DNA from: an uncultured Myxococcales bacterium
Lineage (GTDB): Bacteria > Myxococcota_A > UBA9160 > SZUA-336
Direction: 5' to 3'
DNA length: 64,000 nt
NCBI GenBank assembly: GCA_964454165.1
Contig: CAYVQJ010000100.1
Location: forward strand, 7,594 to 71,593
The notes below the pieces were generated by a model that searched no databases, was not told where the DNA came from, and saw only the letters and a list, made by a program, of their open reading frames with translations. Shown piece after piece: positions 43,537-53,424 of the stretch (position 1 is the first letter of the stretch; every line of letters starts with the position of its first letter). Both the position numbers and the translations under genes were made by a program.

Positions 43537-44718
43537 ATGCCGCGCCCGCTCGCACTTCTGCTGTTCGCTTGCCTCGTCGCGCCGCTCGCGCGCGCCGACG
43601 AGCCGGGCTGCATCGAGTTCGGGCCGGACGAGGCGTCGAACTTCACCATCCGCAACGTCGGCGCCGCGATCAGCTCGCTCTTCGGCCTCTGGAACTACTG
43701 GTACGGCGAGAACTCGGTCACGCTCGACAGCGTGCCGCGCGAGGCGCAGCTCGAGATCTTCTACATCCGCAAGAACTTCCAGAAGAAGTACCAGCTCGTC
43801 GCTCCGCCCGTGAAGCTGTGCCTGCCCGACCGCATCTCGGCCACCCGGCGCGACGCGCTGACCGTGCGCGTGACGTCCGGAGGCTACAGCACGCGCGAGT
43901 GGACGTTCTCCGTGCTCGACACGCCGGAGAATCTGGTGCTGCAGCTCGACCCACTGCCCAACGCACTGGTGTTCCTCGGCCACACGCACCTGCGTCAGCG
44001 CACCACGCTGACCTTGCGCACGCAGAAGGAGCCCGAGTTTCGCGTGAGCAAGAGCCGCGGACAGGCCGGCTTCACGCTCGCGCTCGTGCAGACGGCGGAC
44101 AAGCTCCAGCCCAAATCCAAGCTATCGGGCGGTCACGTGCGAGGGGTCGAGGTCGCGCAGGTCGGCGAGGACCTGCTGCTGCGCATCGAGACGGATTCCG
44201 CCGACATCGAGGCGCGCTCCAAGCAGAGCTACGACCCGATCCGGCAGGAGCATCTGTTCCTGCTCGACTTCGTGCCCGCCGGCGAGCGCTCGCCTTCGCC
44301 CGAGGACGTGCGCGCCGACCTCGAGCGGCTGCCGTTTGCGCCCGGCGACCGCTGCGCCTCCGCGATGGAGGCGACGCTGCGCGCCCAGCTCGAGGCCGAG
44401 GTGATCGCGCGCGCGCATCGCCCGTCGGGAAGTCTCGCGGACCTGTATCAGCGACAGGCGATGCTCCGGCTCGGCCGCTTCGATCACGGCACGGTCCAGA
44501 CCGTCGCCGGTGAGACGTTGCGCACGGGTAATCCGCTCGAGCTCGAGCTGGCGCTCCAGGGGGCGGGATCGGTGCGCGGCTACCTCGGACTGCTCGCCGC
44601 GTATGCGCGTGCGCAGCCCGAGTCGGATACCGCGCTGCGCTCGCTGGTCGCGCCCGACATGCCGGCCGAGAAGTTCGCACCGATCTGGAACGCTGTACAG
44701 GTCGCCTGCGGCGGCTAG
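43537..44718 (+). CDS. secreted hypothetical protein (393 aa)
   Basis: Signal peptide MPRPLALLLFACLVAPLARA. Host-like codon bias. No motif recognised. Confidence 0.55.
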   Translation: MPRPLALLLFACLVAPLARADEPGCIEFGPDEASNFTIRNVGAAISSLFGLWNYWYGENSVTLDSVPREAQLEIFYIRKNFQKKYQLVAPPVKLCLPDRISATRRDALTVRVTSGGYSTREWTFSVLDTPENLVLQLDPLPNALVFLGHTHLRQRTTLTLRTQKEPEFRVSKSRGQAGFTLALVQTADKLQPKSKLSGGHVRGVEVAQVGEDLLLRIETDSADIEARSKQSYDPIRQEHLFLLDFVPAGERSPSPEDVRADLERLPFAPGDRCASAMEATLRAQLEAEVIARAHRPSGSLADLYQRQAMLRLGRFDHGTVQTVAGETLRTGNPLELELALQGAGSVRGYLGLLAAYARAQPESDTALRSLVAPDMPAEKFAPIWNAVQVACGG

Positions 44719-44766
44719 TGCGCAGGCGCGCTACCGTGCGCGGCCCCGGTCCCGTACGCCGAAGGG

Positions 44767-45474
44767 GTGCGCGTGCGCGACCGTGCGTTCTCGTTGGATC
44801 TGCCTCGCGAAAGGCTGCGGCGCGAGGGTGTGCAGGCGTTGTCGCAGGCCGAGCTGGTCGCGCTCTTGCTGCGCACCGGTGCGCGAGGTTCGCCTTCGCT
44901 GCGCGTCGCCGCCGACCTGCTCGATCGCTTCGGCTCGCTCGAGCGACTCGCGCGCGCGGGCGACGCGGAGCTCGCGTGTGTGCCCGGTATGGGACCCGCC
45001 AAGATTGCCTCGCTGCGCGCCGCGCTCGAGCTCGGCGGCCGGCTCGCGCGCGAGCCGATGGCGGCGGGCGATCGCCTGCACTCGCCAAGACAGGTCTGGG
45101 CGCACTTCGGCGCGCGCCTGCGCGGGCTGCGCCAGGAGACGTTCTTCGTGCTCCTGCTCGACAGCCGTCACCGGCTGCTGCGCGCCGTCGAGGTGAGTCG
45201 CGGCAGCCTGAACCAGAGTCTGGTGCACCCGCGCGAGGTGTTTGCGCCCGCGCTGCGTGAGGCGGCGGCCGCGATCGTCGTTCTGCACAACCATCCGAGC
45301 GGTGATCCGCAGCCGAGCCGCGAGGATCACGAGGTCACGCGTCGGCTCGTCGAGTCCGGCGAGCTGCTCGGGATCCCCGTGCTCGACCACGTGGTGATCG
45401 GCGCGGACGCCTACGCCAGCTTCGCGGAGAAGGGCTGGCTGGCGGCTCAAGCTCCGGCTGGGCGCGACCGATGA
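44767..45474 (+). CDS. radC: RadC-family JAB-domain protein
   Basis: LSQAELVALLLRTG, VPGMGPAKIASL (HhH), VLHNHPSGDPQPSREDHEVTRRL (JAMM). Confidence 0.85.
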   Translation: MRVRDRAFSLDLPRERLRREGVQALSQAELVALLLRTGARGSPSLRVAADLLDRFGSLERLARAGDAELACVPGMGPAKIASLRAALELGGRLAREPMAAGDRLHSPRQVWAHFGARLRGLRQETFFVLLLDSRHRLLRAVEVSRGSLNQSLVHPREVFAPALREAAAAIVVLHNHPSGDPQPSREDHEVTRRLVESGELLGIPVLDHVVIGADAYASFAEKGWLAAQAPAGRDR

Positions 45475-45492
45475 CGCGCCGGGGAGAAGACC

Positions 45493-45846
45493 ATGAGCCG
45501 TCCCGGCCGCCGGTCGAGTGAGCGTAGGCGCTCCGACCGCCATGACGTCAAGATCCCGGTGGACTACAGCGCGGTGGACGCCTTCTTCACCGAGTTCTGC
45601 TCGAACATCCACGAGGGCGGGATGTTCGTGGAGACGACCGCGCCGCAGGAGCCGGGCGCAAGCGTCGCGCTGCAGGTTCGCCTTCCGGGCCTGGAGAACG
45701 CGCTCGAGATCGAAGGTCGCGTGGCCTGGGTAAGCGACGGCAAAGCCGATGCGCCGGCCGGTATGGGAGTCCAATTCATCGGCCTCGACGCCGAGGCGCG
45801 CGAGACGATCAACGACGTCGTGCGTCGCTTGCGCGCCCGGCGCTGA
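45493..45846 (+). CDS. PilZ-domain protein
   Basis: ERRRSDRHDVKIPVDY (RxxxR) and NIHEGGMFV (D/NxSxxG-like). Confidence 0.65.
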   Translation: MSRPGRRSSERRRSDRHDVKIPVDYSAVDAFFTEFCSNIHEGGMFVETTAPQEPGASVALQVRLPGLENALEIEGRVAWVSDGKADAPAGMGVQFIGLDAEARETINDVVRRLRARR

Positions 45847-45855
45847 GGTCGCCGC

Positions 45856-46293
45856 TCAGAACGGGATGTCGTCGTCGGCTGAGCCCGGTGAGCCGGGATC
45901 CGGCGCGGCTGCCGCACCGCCTCCGCTGCTCGCGGGCTCGGCATCGTGCGTGGCACCACCTTCGCGGCGTCCGAGGAAGAGCAGCTGCTGCGCGTTGACC
46001 TCCGTCGTGCGCCGCTTCTGTCCTTCCTTGTCTTCCCACTCGCGCGTCTGCAGCCGTCCCTCGACGTAGACCTGGCGTCCCTTCGAGAGGTACTCACCCG
46101 CAAGCTCGGCGAGCTTTCCCCAGGCGACGATGCGGTGCCATTCGGTGCGCTGGTCGCGCTCGCCGCTCTTGTTCGTCCACGACTCGGTCGTCGCGAGCGT
46201 GAAGGTTGCGACGGGCTGACCGTTTGCGGTGTAGCGGAGCTCGGGATCGCGCCCGAGATTGCCGATCAGGATGACCTTGTTCAATCCGGCCAT
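45856..46293 (-). CDS. ssb: single-stranded DNA-binding protein
   Basis: [32 protein letters not shown], acidic tail DDDIPF. Confidence 0.9.
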   Translation of the reverse strand: MAGLNKVILIGNLGRDPELRYTANGQPVATFTLATTESWTNKSGERDQRTEWHRIVAWGKLAELAGEYLSKGRQVYVEGRLQTREWEDKEGQKRRTTEVNAQQLLFLGRREGGATHDAEPASSGGGAAAAPDPGSPGSADDDIPF

Positions 46294-46345
46294 GAGGGGT
46301 TCCTCGGTGGGGCTGGGGGGCGAGGCGCCAATCCGAGCCTAACAC

Positions 46346-48664
46346 ATGGCTCGGCTTGCGATCGGCCCGCTGTTCGACGATCTTGCAGCTCCCCCGCCCC
46401 CCGGGAACCTCCGCTTGAGTGGCTCGCGGAAGAGAAAGTCTGCTTCGCGGGTGCCGCGCGTGCCGGGGCGCCTCGAAGCCGAGGCCGTCGCACTCGCGCT
46501 GTTCTTCGCCGCGGGCTTCGTCGAAGTCGCGTTGCTCACGCACGACGTAGGCGACGCCTGGCTCGCTGGAACCGCGGTGCACAACCTGTGTGGACCGGTG
46601 GGCGCGCTCGTCTCGAAGTCGCTGCTCGGTGCCGTCGGAGCGGCCGCGCACGTGCTGCCGCTGGCCGGACTCATGGTGGGCGCGCGCTACCTCCGCGGGC
46701 TGCCGATCCGGCCGCGCTGGATCCCGCTCGCGGCATGGTGTGCGGCATGGCTCGCACTGGCTGCGAGCTTCGAAGTCGCTTCCCGCGCGTTCCCGGGCGC
46801 GCTGGGGCCGGCGCTCGGCGGACGCGTGGGAGGAGCCGTCGTCGGCGCGCTCCAGCGCTGGCTCCACCTCGCGGGGACGGGACTGGTGCTGGCGATCGCG
46901 CTCGCGGTCGGCCTGCTGGTCGCGACGGAGTGGTCGCTTCGCGACGCGCTGGACCTCGGGCGCAGCGCGCTGCGCCGGGCGCTGTGGACGGCACGCCAGG
47001 CTGTCGTCGTCGGCTGGGTCCGCGCGCGGCGCCGGCGCGAGGCCCTCGTCTCCGCGCGGAGCGCGCGGGAGGATCCTTCCCGCGGCGACGCGGGAGCGCC
47101 GCGTCGAGCAGCGCCGTCGCGCGGCCAGCGGGGCGAGCCTGAGGTGGTCGAGCACCGTGTGGTCGCGCCGCGGCCGGCACGCCAGGCGGACCTGCCGTTC
47201 GAGTCGGGCGCCGAGCGCCAGCCGTTCCGGCTGCCCGACCTGGCACTGCTCGCGCGCGGGGCCGAGGACGAGCGCCGCGTCGACCGCGACTTCCTGATCC
47301 AGAACTCGCAGGTGCTCGAGAAGAAGCTCGCCGACTTCGGGGTGCTCGGGCGTGTGGTCAAGGTGCACCCGGGACCGGTGATCACGATGTACGAGTTCGA
47401 GCCGGCGGCCGGGATCAAGGTCTCGCGCATCACCAACCTGGCCGACGATCTCGCGCTGGCACTGCGCGCGGTCTCGATCCGGATCGTCGCGCCGATTCCG
47501 GGGACGAGCGTCGTCGGGATCGAGGTGCCCAACTCGCAGCGCGAGATCGTGCTGCTGCACGATCTACTCGCGCACGCGAGCTATCAGGACAGCGAGTCGA
47601 AGCTCACGCTCGCGCTCGGCAAGGACATCTTCGGCAATCCGGTGATAGCGGATCTCGCACGCATGCCGCACCTGCTCGTAGCGGGAGCGACCGGCACGGG
47701 GAAGTCGGTGTTCTTGAACGCGCTCCTGTGCAGCCTGTTCTTCAAGTCGACGCCGGACGAGGTCAAGCTGCTCCTGATCGACCCGAAGCTGCTCGAGTTC
47801 TCGGCGTACGCCGGCATCCCGCACCTGATCGCCGACGTCGTCACCAATCCGCGCCGCGCCGCGGCTGCGCTGATGGGTGTCGTCTCCAAGATGGAAGAGC
47901 GCTACCGGATCATGGCGGAGCGCGGCGTGCGCAACATCCACGAGTACAACCGCGCCGTGGCGCGCGAGGCTGCCGGCGCCAAGCGCGGCGCCCCCGACGC
48001 CGACGGCCCGCGGCCGCTGCCGTACATCGTCGTGGTGATCGACGAGCTCGCGGATCTGATGATCGTGTCGGCGCGTGACGTAGAGGAGTCGCTCACGCGA
48101 CTGGCGCAGATGGCGCGCGCCGCGGGCATCCACCTGGTGCTCGCCACGCAGCGGCCGTCGGTCGACGTGCTGACCGGGATCATCAAGGCGAACTTCCCGT
48201 CGCGGATCTCCTTCCAGGTCAGCTCGCGCACGGACTCACGCACGATCCTCGACGGAAACGGCGCCGAGCGTCTGCTCGGCATGGGCGACATGCTGTTCCT
48301 GCCGCCGGGCACCTCCAAGCTGCAGCGCATCCACGGTCCCTACATCTCCGACAAGGAGGTGCAGCTGCTCGCCGAGACCCTACGCGCCCAGCGCACGCCC
48401 GAATTCGACCCGACGATCGTGCGTCTGAACGAGGAGAGTCAGGCGCGCGAGGAGAAGGGCGGCGACTACGATGAGCTCTACGATCAGGCGCTCGACCTGG
48501 TCGCGCGCCATCGCATCGCGTCGATCTCGTTCATCCAGCGGCGCCTCAAGATCGGTTACAACCGGGCCGCGCGGCTGGTGGAGCAGATGGAGTCGGAAGG
48601 GGTCGTGGGCCCCCAGGAAGGGACGAAGCCGCGTGACATCTACGTGCGGCCCCTCGAGTCGTAG
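46346..48664 (+). CDS. ftsK: DNA translocase FtsK/SpoIIIE
   Basis: N-terminal TM segments. PHLLVAGATGTGKS (Walker A), VVVIDELADLM (Walker B). C-terminal gamma wHTH ISFIQRRLKIGYNRAARLVEQME. Confidence 0.9.
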   Translation: MARLAIGPLFDDLAAPPPPGNLRLSGSRKRKSASRVPRVPGRLEAEAVALALFFAAGFVEVALLTHDVGDAWLAGTAVHNLCGPVGALVSKSLLGAVGAAAHVLPLAGLMVGARYLRGLPIRPRWIPLAAWCAAWLALAASFEVASRAFPGALGPALGGRVGGAVVGALQRWLHLAGTGLVLAIALAVGLLVATEWSLRDALDLGRSALRRALWTARQAVVVGWVRARRRREALVSARSAREDPSRGDAGAPRRAAPSRGQRGEPEVVEHRVVAPRPARQADLPFESGAERQPFRLPDLALLARGAEDERRVDRDFLIQNSQVLEKKLADFGVLGRVVKVHPGPVITMYEFEPAAGIKVSRITNLADDLALALRAVSIRIVAPIPGTSVVGIEVPNSQREIVLLHDLLAHASYQDSESKLTLALGKDIFGNPVIADLARMPHLLVAGATGTGKSVFLNALLCSLFFKSTPDEVKLLLIDPKLLEFSAYAGIPHLIADVVTNPRRAAAALMGVVSKMEERYRIMAERGVRNIHEYNRAVAREAAGAKRGAPDADGPRPLPYIVVVIDELADLMIVSARDVEESLTRLAQMARAAGIHLVLATQRPSVDVLTGIIKANFPSRISFQVSSRTDSRTILDGNGAERLLGMGDMLFLPPGTSKLQRIHGPYISDKEVQLLAETLRAQRTPEFDPTIVRLNEESQAREEKGGDYDELYDQALDLVARHRIASISFIQRRLKIGYNRAARLVEQMESEGVVGPQEGTKPRDIYVRPLES

Positions 48665-49304
48665 GCGCAACGCGGTCGCGCTGGCGTGTGCGCTCGTCGG
48701 CTCCTTTGGTGCGGACAGCCCTGCGGAGTCGGGCGAGGCGCTGCTGGCGCGCGTGCAGAAGCGCTACGAGGACGTGCGGGACGTGCGCGCGGGCTTCGAG
48801 CAGACGAGCTTCGTCGCCGCGCTCGGGCGCGAGGACACGTCCCGGGGAAGCGTGATGATCGCGCGTCCCGGGCGAATGCGCTGGGAGTACGGGGAGCCGG
48901 AGGCAAGCGTCCTGATCGTAGACGCCGACTCCGTCCGGCTGTACAGCCCCGCCGAGAAAAAGCTGCAGATCGCTCCGCTGGGCGCCGGGGCGCTCTCGCC
49001 GACGGCGCTCGGCTTCCTGCTCGGCGAACGCGCGCTCTCCGACGCGTTCAAGGCCGAGCGCATCGCGGATCCGGGCCGAACGGATCTCGGCCTGCGCCTG
49101 GTGCCCCGCTCGGACGCGGGTTTCGAGGCGCTCGAGATGTGGCTCGAGCCGAGCGCTCTCACGCTGCGCGAATCGGTGCTCCACGACCTCTTCGGCAATC
49201 GCACGCGTGTGACGTTCGCGAACGTCCAGGAGAACCGCGGCATTTCCGAGGCGAGCTTCGCGCTCGAGGTACCGGCAGGGGTCGAGGTGATCGATCTTCG
49301 CTGA
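48633..49304 (+). CDS. lolA: outer-membrane lipoprotein carrier LolA-like protein (start uncertain)
   Basis: LLARVQKRYEDVRDVRAGFEQTS...SRGSVMIARPGRMRWEY. GTG at 48633 gives the signal-like RRRNAVALACALVGSFGA. Confidence 0.65.
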   Translation: MTSTCGPSSRRRNAVALACALVGSFGADSPAESGEALLARVQKRYEDVRDVRAGFEQTSFVAALGREDTSRGSVMIARPGRMRWEYGEPEASVLIVDADSVRLYSPAEKKLQIAPLGAGALSPTALGFLLGERALSDAFKAERIADPGRTDLGLRLVPRSDAGFEALEMWLEPSALTLRESVLHDLFGNRTRVTFANVQENRGISEASFALEVPAGVEVIDLR

Positions 49305-49457
49305 AGGTGCGGCGGAGGATCGACGGCTTCCGTCAATGATCCGTCGAGGCGCCTACGCGCGCTCGGAGCGGCAATTTGGACCCGGTCGCGGCCAGCGAGG
49401 AGACAGAAACGCTCGCGAATCCGAGCACTTGGGGCGCGAGCCGAAGATGAGGCCTGC

Positions 49458-49485
49458 TTGACACGGTTTCGTCGTTTGTTACCAT
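49458..49485 (+). promoter_or_regulatory. strong sigma70-like promoter upstream of the Pup-proteasome operon
   Basis: TTGACA (49458..49463) - 16 nt - TACCAT (49480..49485), preceded by TGt (extended -10). Lies about 375 nt upstream of the mpa/arc ATG. Confidence 0.4.
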
Positions 49486-49859
49486 CGCAGGCGTCATAAG
49501 TGCTTGTTTTTACAGGAGGTTTTGGCCATCTGGCAGTCTCCTGGGCGAAGCGGTGGAGGCGCAGTCGCGACCGGCAGGGCGGCCGGGTCGGGCGTGCAGC
49601 TCAATCCAAACGCTACGCACCCCCGCGGCGTACCGAATCACTCGGATCTTCGTGAGCGATTTCAATGGTTTCCGAGGTTGAACGCGCGCGGCTCCCAGAC
49701 TTTGGTCGGTGCATTCGGCGCTCGGTTGAGCGCTCGAGCGGCGTTCGTAGTCAGCCGTCGCTACATGCGGTACGTCGCTTGCAGAACTCCGGGTCTTGCG
49801 GTGGCGCCGCGCCGGTTGCGTGCAGCTGCCGTCGAATTGGCCAGAGGCGAGGAGCGAGC

Positions 49860-51686
49860 ATGAGCGAGTCGGGATCGGGTAAGAGGGGGTTCGTTCGCGA
49901 CGTCATGAAGCGCATCTCGGCACAGGGTTCCCGCGATCCCGAAGAGCGCGAGGAGCGACCCGCGCGCGAAGATCACGACGACCTCGAAGTTCTGCGCGAC
50001 GCGCTGCGCTTCCTCGGTCCCGAAGCCGCGGACGTCGCCCGCCGCGTCGACCGCCTGATCACCGACCACGAGCTGATCAAGCAGCGCTTCGAGCGCTCGC
50101 GCCAGCAGGGTTACGAGGCCGAGCGCCAGAACGAGAAGCTCGTCAACACGCTACAGGACGCCAAGCAGCAGATCGACCTGCTCAAGGAGGAGGTCGACAA
50201 GCTTTGCGCTCCGCCGAACACCTACGCGGTGTTCGAGCGCGCGAACAAGGACGGCACGGCGGAGATCAACGTCGACGGCAAGATGATGCGGGTCAACGTG
50301 CACCCGACGATCCAGGCCTCCGAGCTGATGGAAGGTCAGCTCGTCGTGCTGAACGAGGCGTTCAACGTGATCGACGTCTGCGGCTTCGACCCGCGCGGCG
50401 AGATCGCGCGCGTCTCCGATCTGCTCGAGGACGGGCGCGTGATCGTGCTCGGTCACACCGACGAAGAGCGAGTGATCACGCTTGCGCAGCCGATGCGGCG
50501 CGCCAAGCTCAAAGTCGGCGACAACCTGCTGCTCAACCCGAAGACCGGCTACGCGGTCGAGAAGATGCCGAAGTCGACCGTCGACGAGGTCGTGCTCGAG
50601 GAAGTCCCCGACGTGACCTACGAGGACATCGGCGGGCTCGGCGACCAGATCGAGGTGCTGCGCGATTCGATCGAGCTGCCGTACCTGCACGTCGCCGAGT
50701 TCAAGCGCTACAAGCTGCAGGCGCCGAAGGGCATCCTGCTGTACGGCCCTCCGGGCTGCGGCAAGACCATGATCGGCAAGGCCGTCGCGAACAGCCTGGC
50801 GCAGCGGCTCTCGGAGCTGCGCGGTGGCGAGGTCAAGAGCTACTTCCTCAACGTCAAGGGACCCGAACTCCTGAACAAGTACGTGGGCGAGACCGAGCAC
50901 AAGATCCGCGAGGTCTTCAAGAACGCCCGCGAGAAGGCCGCCGAGGACGTTCCCGTCGTGATCTTCTTCGACGAGATGGACTCGCTGTTCCGGATGCGCG
51001 GCTCGGGGATCTCGTCGGACATGGAGGCCACCGTGGTGGCGCAGTTCCTGTCGGAGATCGACGGCATCGAGTCGCTCTCGAACGTGATCGTGATCGGCGC
51101 CTCGAACCGCCAGGACTTGATCGACCCCGCCGTGCTGCGGCCGGGTCGGCTCGATCTGAAGGTCAAGGTGCACCGTCCCGACCGGAAGGGCGCGTACGAG
51201 ATCTTCGTGAAGTACCTGACGACCGACCTGCCGTTCCACAGCGAGTCGCTGCGCAAGTACGGGCCCGAGCTGCAGGACGTCACCCGCGGCATCGTGGGCG
51301 AGGTCATCGACCTGATGTACGCCGACACCGAGGAGAACAAATTCCTCGAAGTCACCTACGCCAAGGGCGAGCGCGAGGTGTTCTACTTCAAGGACTTCGC
51401 CAGTGGCGCGATGATCCGCAACATCGTCGACCGCGCCAAGAAGAAGGCGGTCAAGCGGCTGATCTCGAAGGGTGAGGAGGGGATCCGCGCGGCCGACGTG
51501 CACGAAGCCGTGCGCGAGGAGTTCAAAGAGAACGAGGACCTCCCCAACACCACGAATCCCGACGACTGGGCGCGCATCTCCGGGCGCAAGGGCGAGCGCA
51601 TCATCAACGTGCGCACGCTGATCAGCGGGATCAATCGGACGGAGCGCACGATCGAAAACGTCGGGGGCTCCGGGCAGTATCTGTAG
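49860..51686 (+). CDS. mpa: proteasome-associated AAA+ ATPase (Mpa/ARC)
   Basis: Coiled-coil N-terminus, OB region, GILLYGPPGCGKT (Walker A), VIFFDEMD (Walker B), C-terminal GQYL proteasome-docking tail. Confidence 0.9.
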   Translation: MSESGSGKRGFVRDVMKRISAQGSRDPEEREERPAREDHDDLEVLRDALRFLGPEAADVARRVDRLITDHELIKQRFERSRQQGYEAERQNEKLVNTLQDAKQQIDLLKEEVDKLCAPPNTYAVFERANKDGTAEINVDGKMMRVNVHPTIQASELMEGQLVVLNEAFNVIDVCGFDPRGEIARVSDLLEDGRVIVLGHTDEERVITLAQPMRRAKLKVGDNLLLNPKTGYAVEKMPKSTVDEVVLEEVPDVTYEDIGGLGDQIEVLRDSIELPYLHVAEFKRYKLQAPKGILLYGPPGCGKTMIGKAVANSLAQRLSELRGGEVKSYFLNVKGPELLNKYVGETEHKIREVFKNAREKAAEDVPVVIFFDEMDSLFRMRGSGISSDMEATVVAQFLSEIDGIESLSNVIVIGASNRQDLIDPAVLRPGRLDLKVKVHRPDRKGAYEIFVKYLTTDLPFHSESLRKYGPELQDVTRGIVGEVIDLMYADTEENKFLEVTYAKGEREVFYFKDFASGAMIRNIVDRAKKKAVKRLISKGEEGIRAADVHEAVREEFKENEDLPNTTNPDDWARISGRKGERIINVRTLISGINRTERTIENVGGSGQYL

Positions 51687-51712
51687 ACGCGCGGCCGGGC
51701 GCAGGGGCGAGG

Positions 51713-53197
51713 ATGCCGCTACCCAAGGTCATCGGCACCGAGATCGAGTACGGGATCACCGTCCAGAACGACTGCGACTTCGATCCGATCTCGAGCTGCG
51801 TCCTGCTGGTGAACGCATACCGCGAGCATGGCGACGCCCAGATCCTGTGGGACTACGACCAGGAGAACCCGCTGGCCGACGCGCGCGGGTTCCACGTCGA
51901 GGGCGAGAAGTACACGCCCAACCAGCAGGAGAACATCGCGCGCAACAAGACGCTCGAGAACGGCGCGCGCTTCTACGTGGATCATGCGCACCCCGAGTAC
52001 TCGACGCCCGAGGTGACCAACGTGCGCGACCTGATCGCGCACGAGAAGGCGGGCGAGCGCATCCTGGAGCTGGCGCGCCGCGCGGCGACCGCACTGCTGC
52101 CCTCGGGCCAGACGCTGCTGATCCACAAGAACAACAGCGATCGCAAGGGCAACAGCTACGGCTGCCACGAGAACTATCTGATCGAGCGACGCACGCCCTT
52201 CAAGGACGTGGTCGAGCACTTCACGCCGTTCCTGGTGACACGCCAGATCTTCTGCGGCGCCGGGAAGGTGGGCTCCGAGAACCGCGCGTCCAGCTGCGAC
52301 TTCCAGATCAGCCAGCGCGCGGACTTCTTCGAGACCGAGGTGGCGCTCGACACCATGGTCAAGCGCCCCATCATCAACACGCGCGACGAGCCGCACGCCG
52401 ACCGCGACCGCTACCGGCGCCTGCACGTGATCGTTGGCGACTCCAACATGTCGGAGACCTCGATCTACCTGCGCGCCGGCGTCACGGGGATCGTGCTGGC
52501 GCTGATCGAGGATCGCGCGCTGCCGCGGAGCCTGTCGATCGCGGACCCGGTCAAGGTGATCAAAGAGGTCTCGCACGACACCGGCTGCCGCCGCGAGTAC
52601 CCGATGGAGCGCGGCAAGCGCATGAGCGCGGTGGCCGTGCAGCGCGAGTACCTGGACGCCGCGCTGCGCTATTTCTCGTCGCGCGACATCGACCCGATCA
52701 CCAAGGACGTGCTCGCCCGCTGGGAGCGCGTGCTCTCGAAGCTGGCCGAGGACCCGATGCAGCTCGACCGCGAGGTCGACTGGGTGATCAAGCGCAAGCT
52801 GATGTCGGAGTACATCTCACGCCGCAAGGTCGACTGGCGGCATCCGCAGGTGCAGATGCTCGACCTCCAGTACCACGACGTCCGCCCGGACAAGGGGTTG
52901 TACCATCTGCTCGATCGGCGGGGCGAGGTGGAGCGGATCACGAGCGAGGAAGAGATCGAGCACGCGGCGGTGCACCCGCCCGCGGACACACGCGCGTACT
53001 TTCGCGGCGAGTGCATTCGCCGCTACCGCAACGCCGTGTTCGGCGTGAACTGGGACTCGATCTCGTTCAACCTCGGCGAAGAGCCGATCAAGCGCATTCT
53101 GATGAACGAGCCTCTGAAGGGCACCAAGGCTCACGTGGAGGACTTGCTCGACGCCAGTCCTACGGCAGCAGATCTGGTGCGCAATCTGACGGCGTGA
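51713..53197 (+). CDS. dop: Pup deamidase/depupylase
   Basis: VIGTEIEYGI, NGARFYVDHAHPEYSTPE, GNSYGCHENYL, INTRDEPHADRDRYRRLHVIVGDSNMSE and DTRAYFRGECIRRY track Mtb Dop. Synteny places it between mpa and pup. Confidence 0.85.
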   Translation: MPLPKVIGTEIEYGITVQNDCDFDPISSCVLLVNAYREHGDAQILWDYDQENPLADARGFHVEGEKYTPNQQENIARNKTLENGARFYVDHAHPEYSTPEVTNVRDLIAHEKAGERILELARRAATALLPSGQTLLIHKNNSDRKGNSYGCHENYLIERRTPFKDVVEHFTPFLVTRQIFCGAGKVGSENRASSCDFQISQRADFFETEVALDTMVKRPIINTRDEPHADRDRYRRLHVIVGDSNMSETSIYLRAGVTGIVLALIEDRALPRSLSIADPVKVIKEVSHDTGCRREYPMERGKRMSAVAVQREYLDAALRYFSSRDIDPITKDVLARWERVLSKLAEDPMQLDREVDWVIKRKLMSEYISRRKVDWRHPQVQMLDLQYHDVRPDKGLYHLLDRRGEVERITSEEEIEHAAVHPPADTRAYFRGECIRRYRNAVFGVNWDSISFNLGEEPIKRILMNEPLKGTKAHVEDLLDASPTAADLVRNLTA

Positions 53198-53214
53198 GCC
53201 GAGGAGAATCGAAG

Positions 53215-53424
53215 ATGGCGGCGGACCAGGTTCAAAAGCGCAAGTCCGATGGCGGGAGCGGCGGCGCTTCCTCCGAAGCCGAGGGTGCGGGCACGAAGAA
53301 GATGGCGAAGAAGGGCGACGAGCTCAAAGAAGAGATGGATCGCCTGATCGACGAGATCGACGAGGTCCTCGAGGAGAACGCCGAGGAGTTCGTCAAGAAC
53401 TACGTCCAGCGCGGGGGCGAGTAG
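53215..53424 (+). CDS. pup: prokaryotic ubiquitin-like protein Pup (69 aa, C-terminal GGE)
   Basis: GAGGAG SD. ...DELKEEMDRLIDEIDEVLEENAEEFVKNYVQRGGE-stop. Confidence 0.85.
   Translation: MAADQVQKRKSDGGSGGASSEAEGAGTKKMAKKGDELKEEMDRLIDEIDEVLEENAEEFVKNYVQRGGE

Noticed and set aside
49490-49859. tmRNA, RNase P RNA, 6S RNA or a tRNA in the long leader.
   Set aside because: There is no tRNA-like acceptor/T-arm (GGTTCGAATCC-type) sequence, no tag-peptide reading frame ending in an ALAA-like sequence, and no RNase P conserved GGAAAGTCCGG-like block. 6S RNA cannot be judged without folding.
49504-49863. 119-aa ORF in the mpa leader as a genuine protein gene.
   Set aside because: Third-position GC is much lower than in neighbouring genes. 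The AGGAGG is only 2 nt from the nearest candidate start, and the sequence is Arg/Gly/Ala-rich without motifs. It is kept only as an open possibility under the leader finding.
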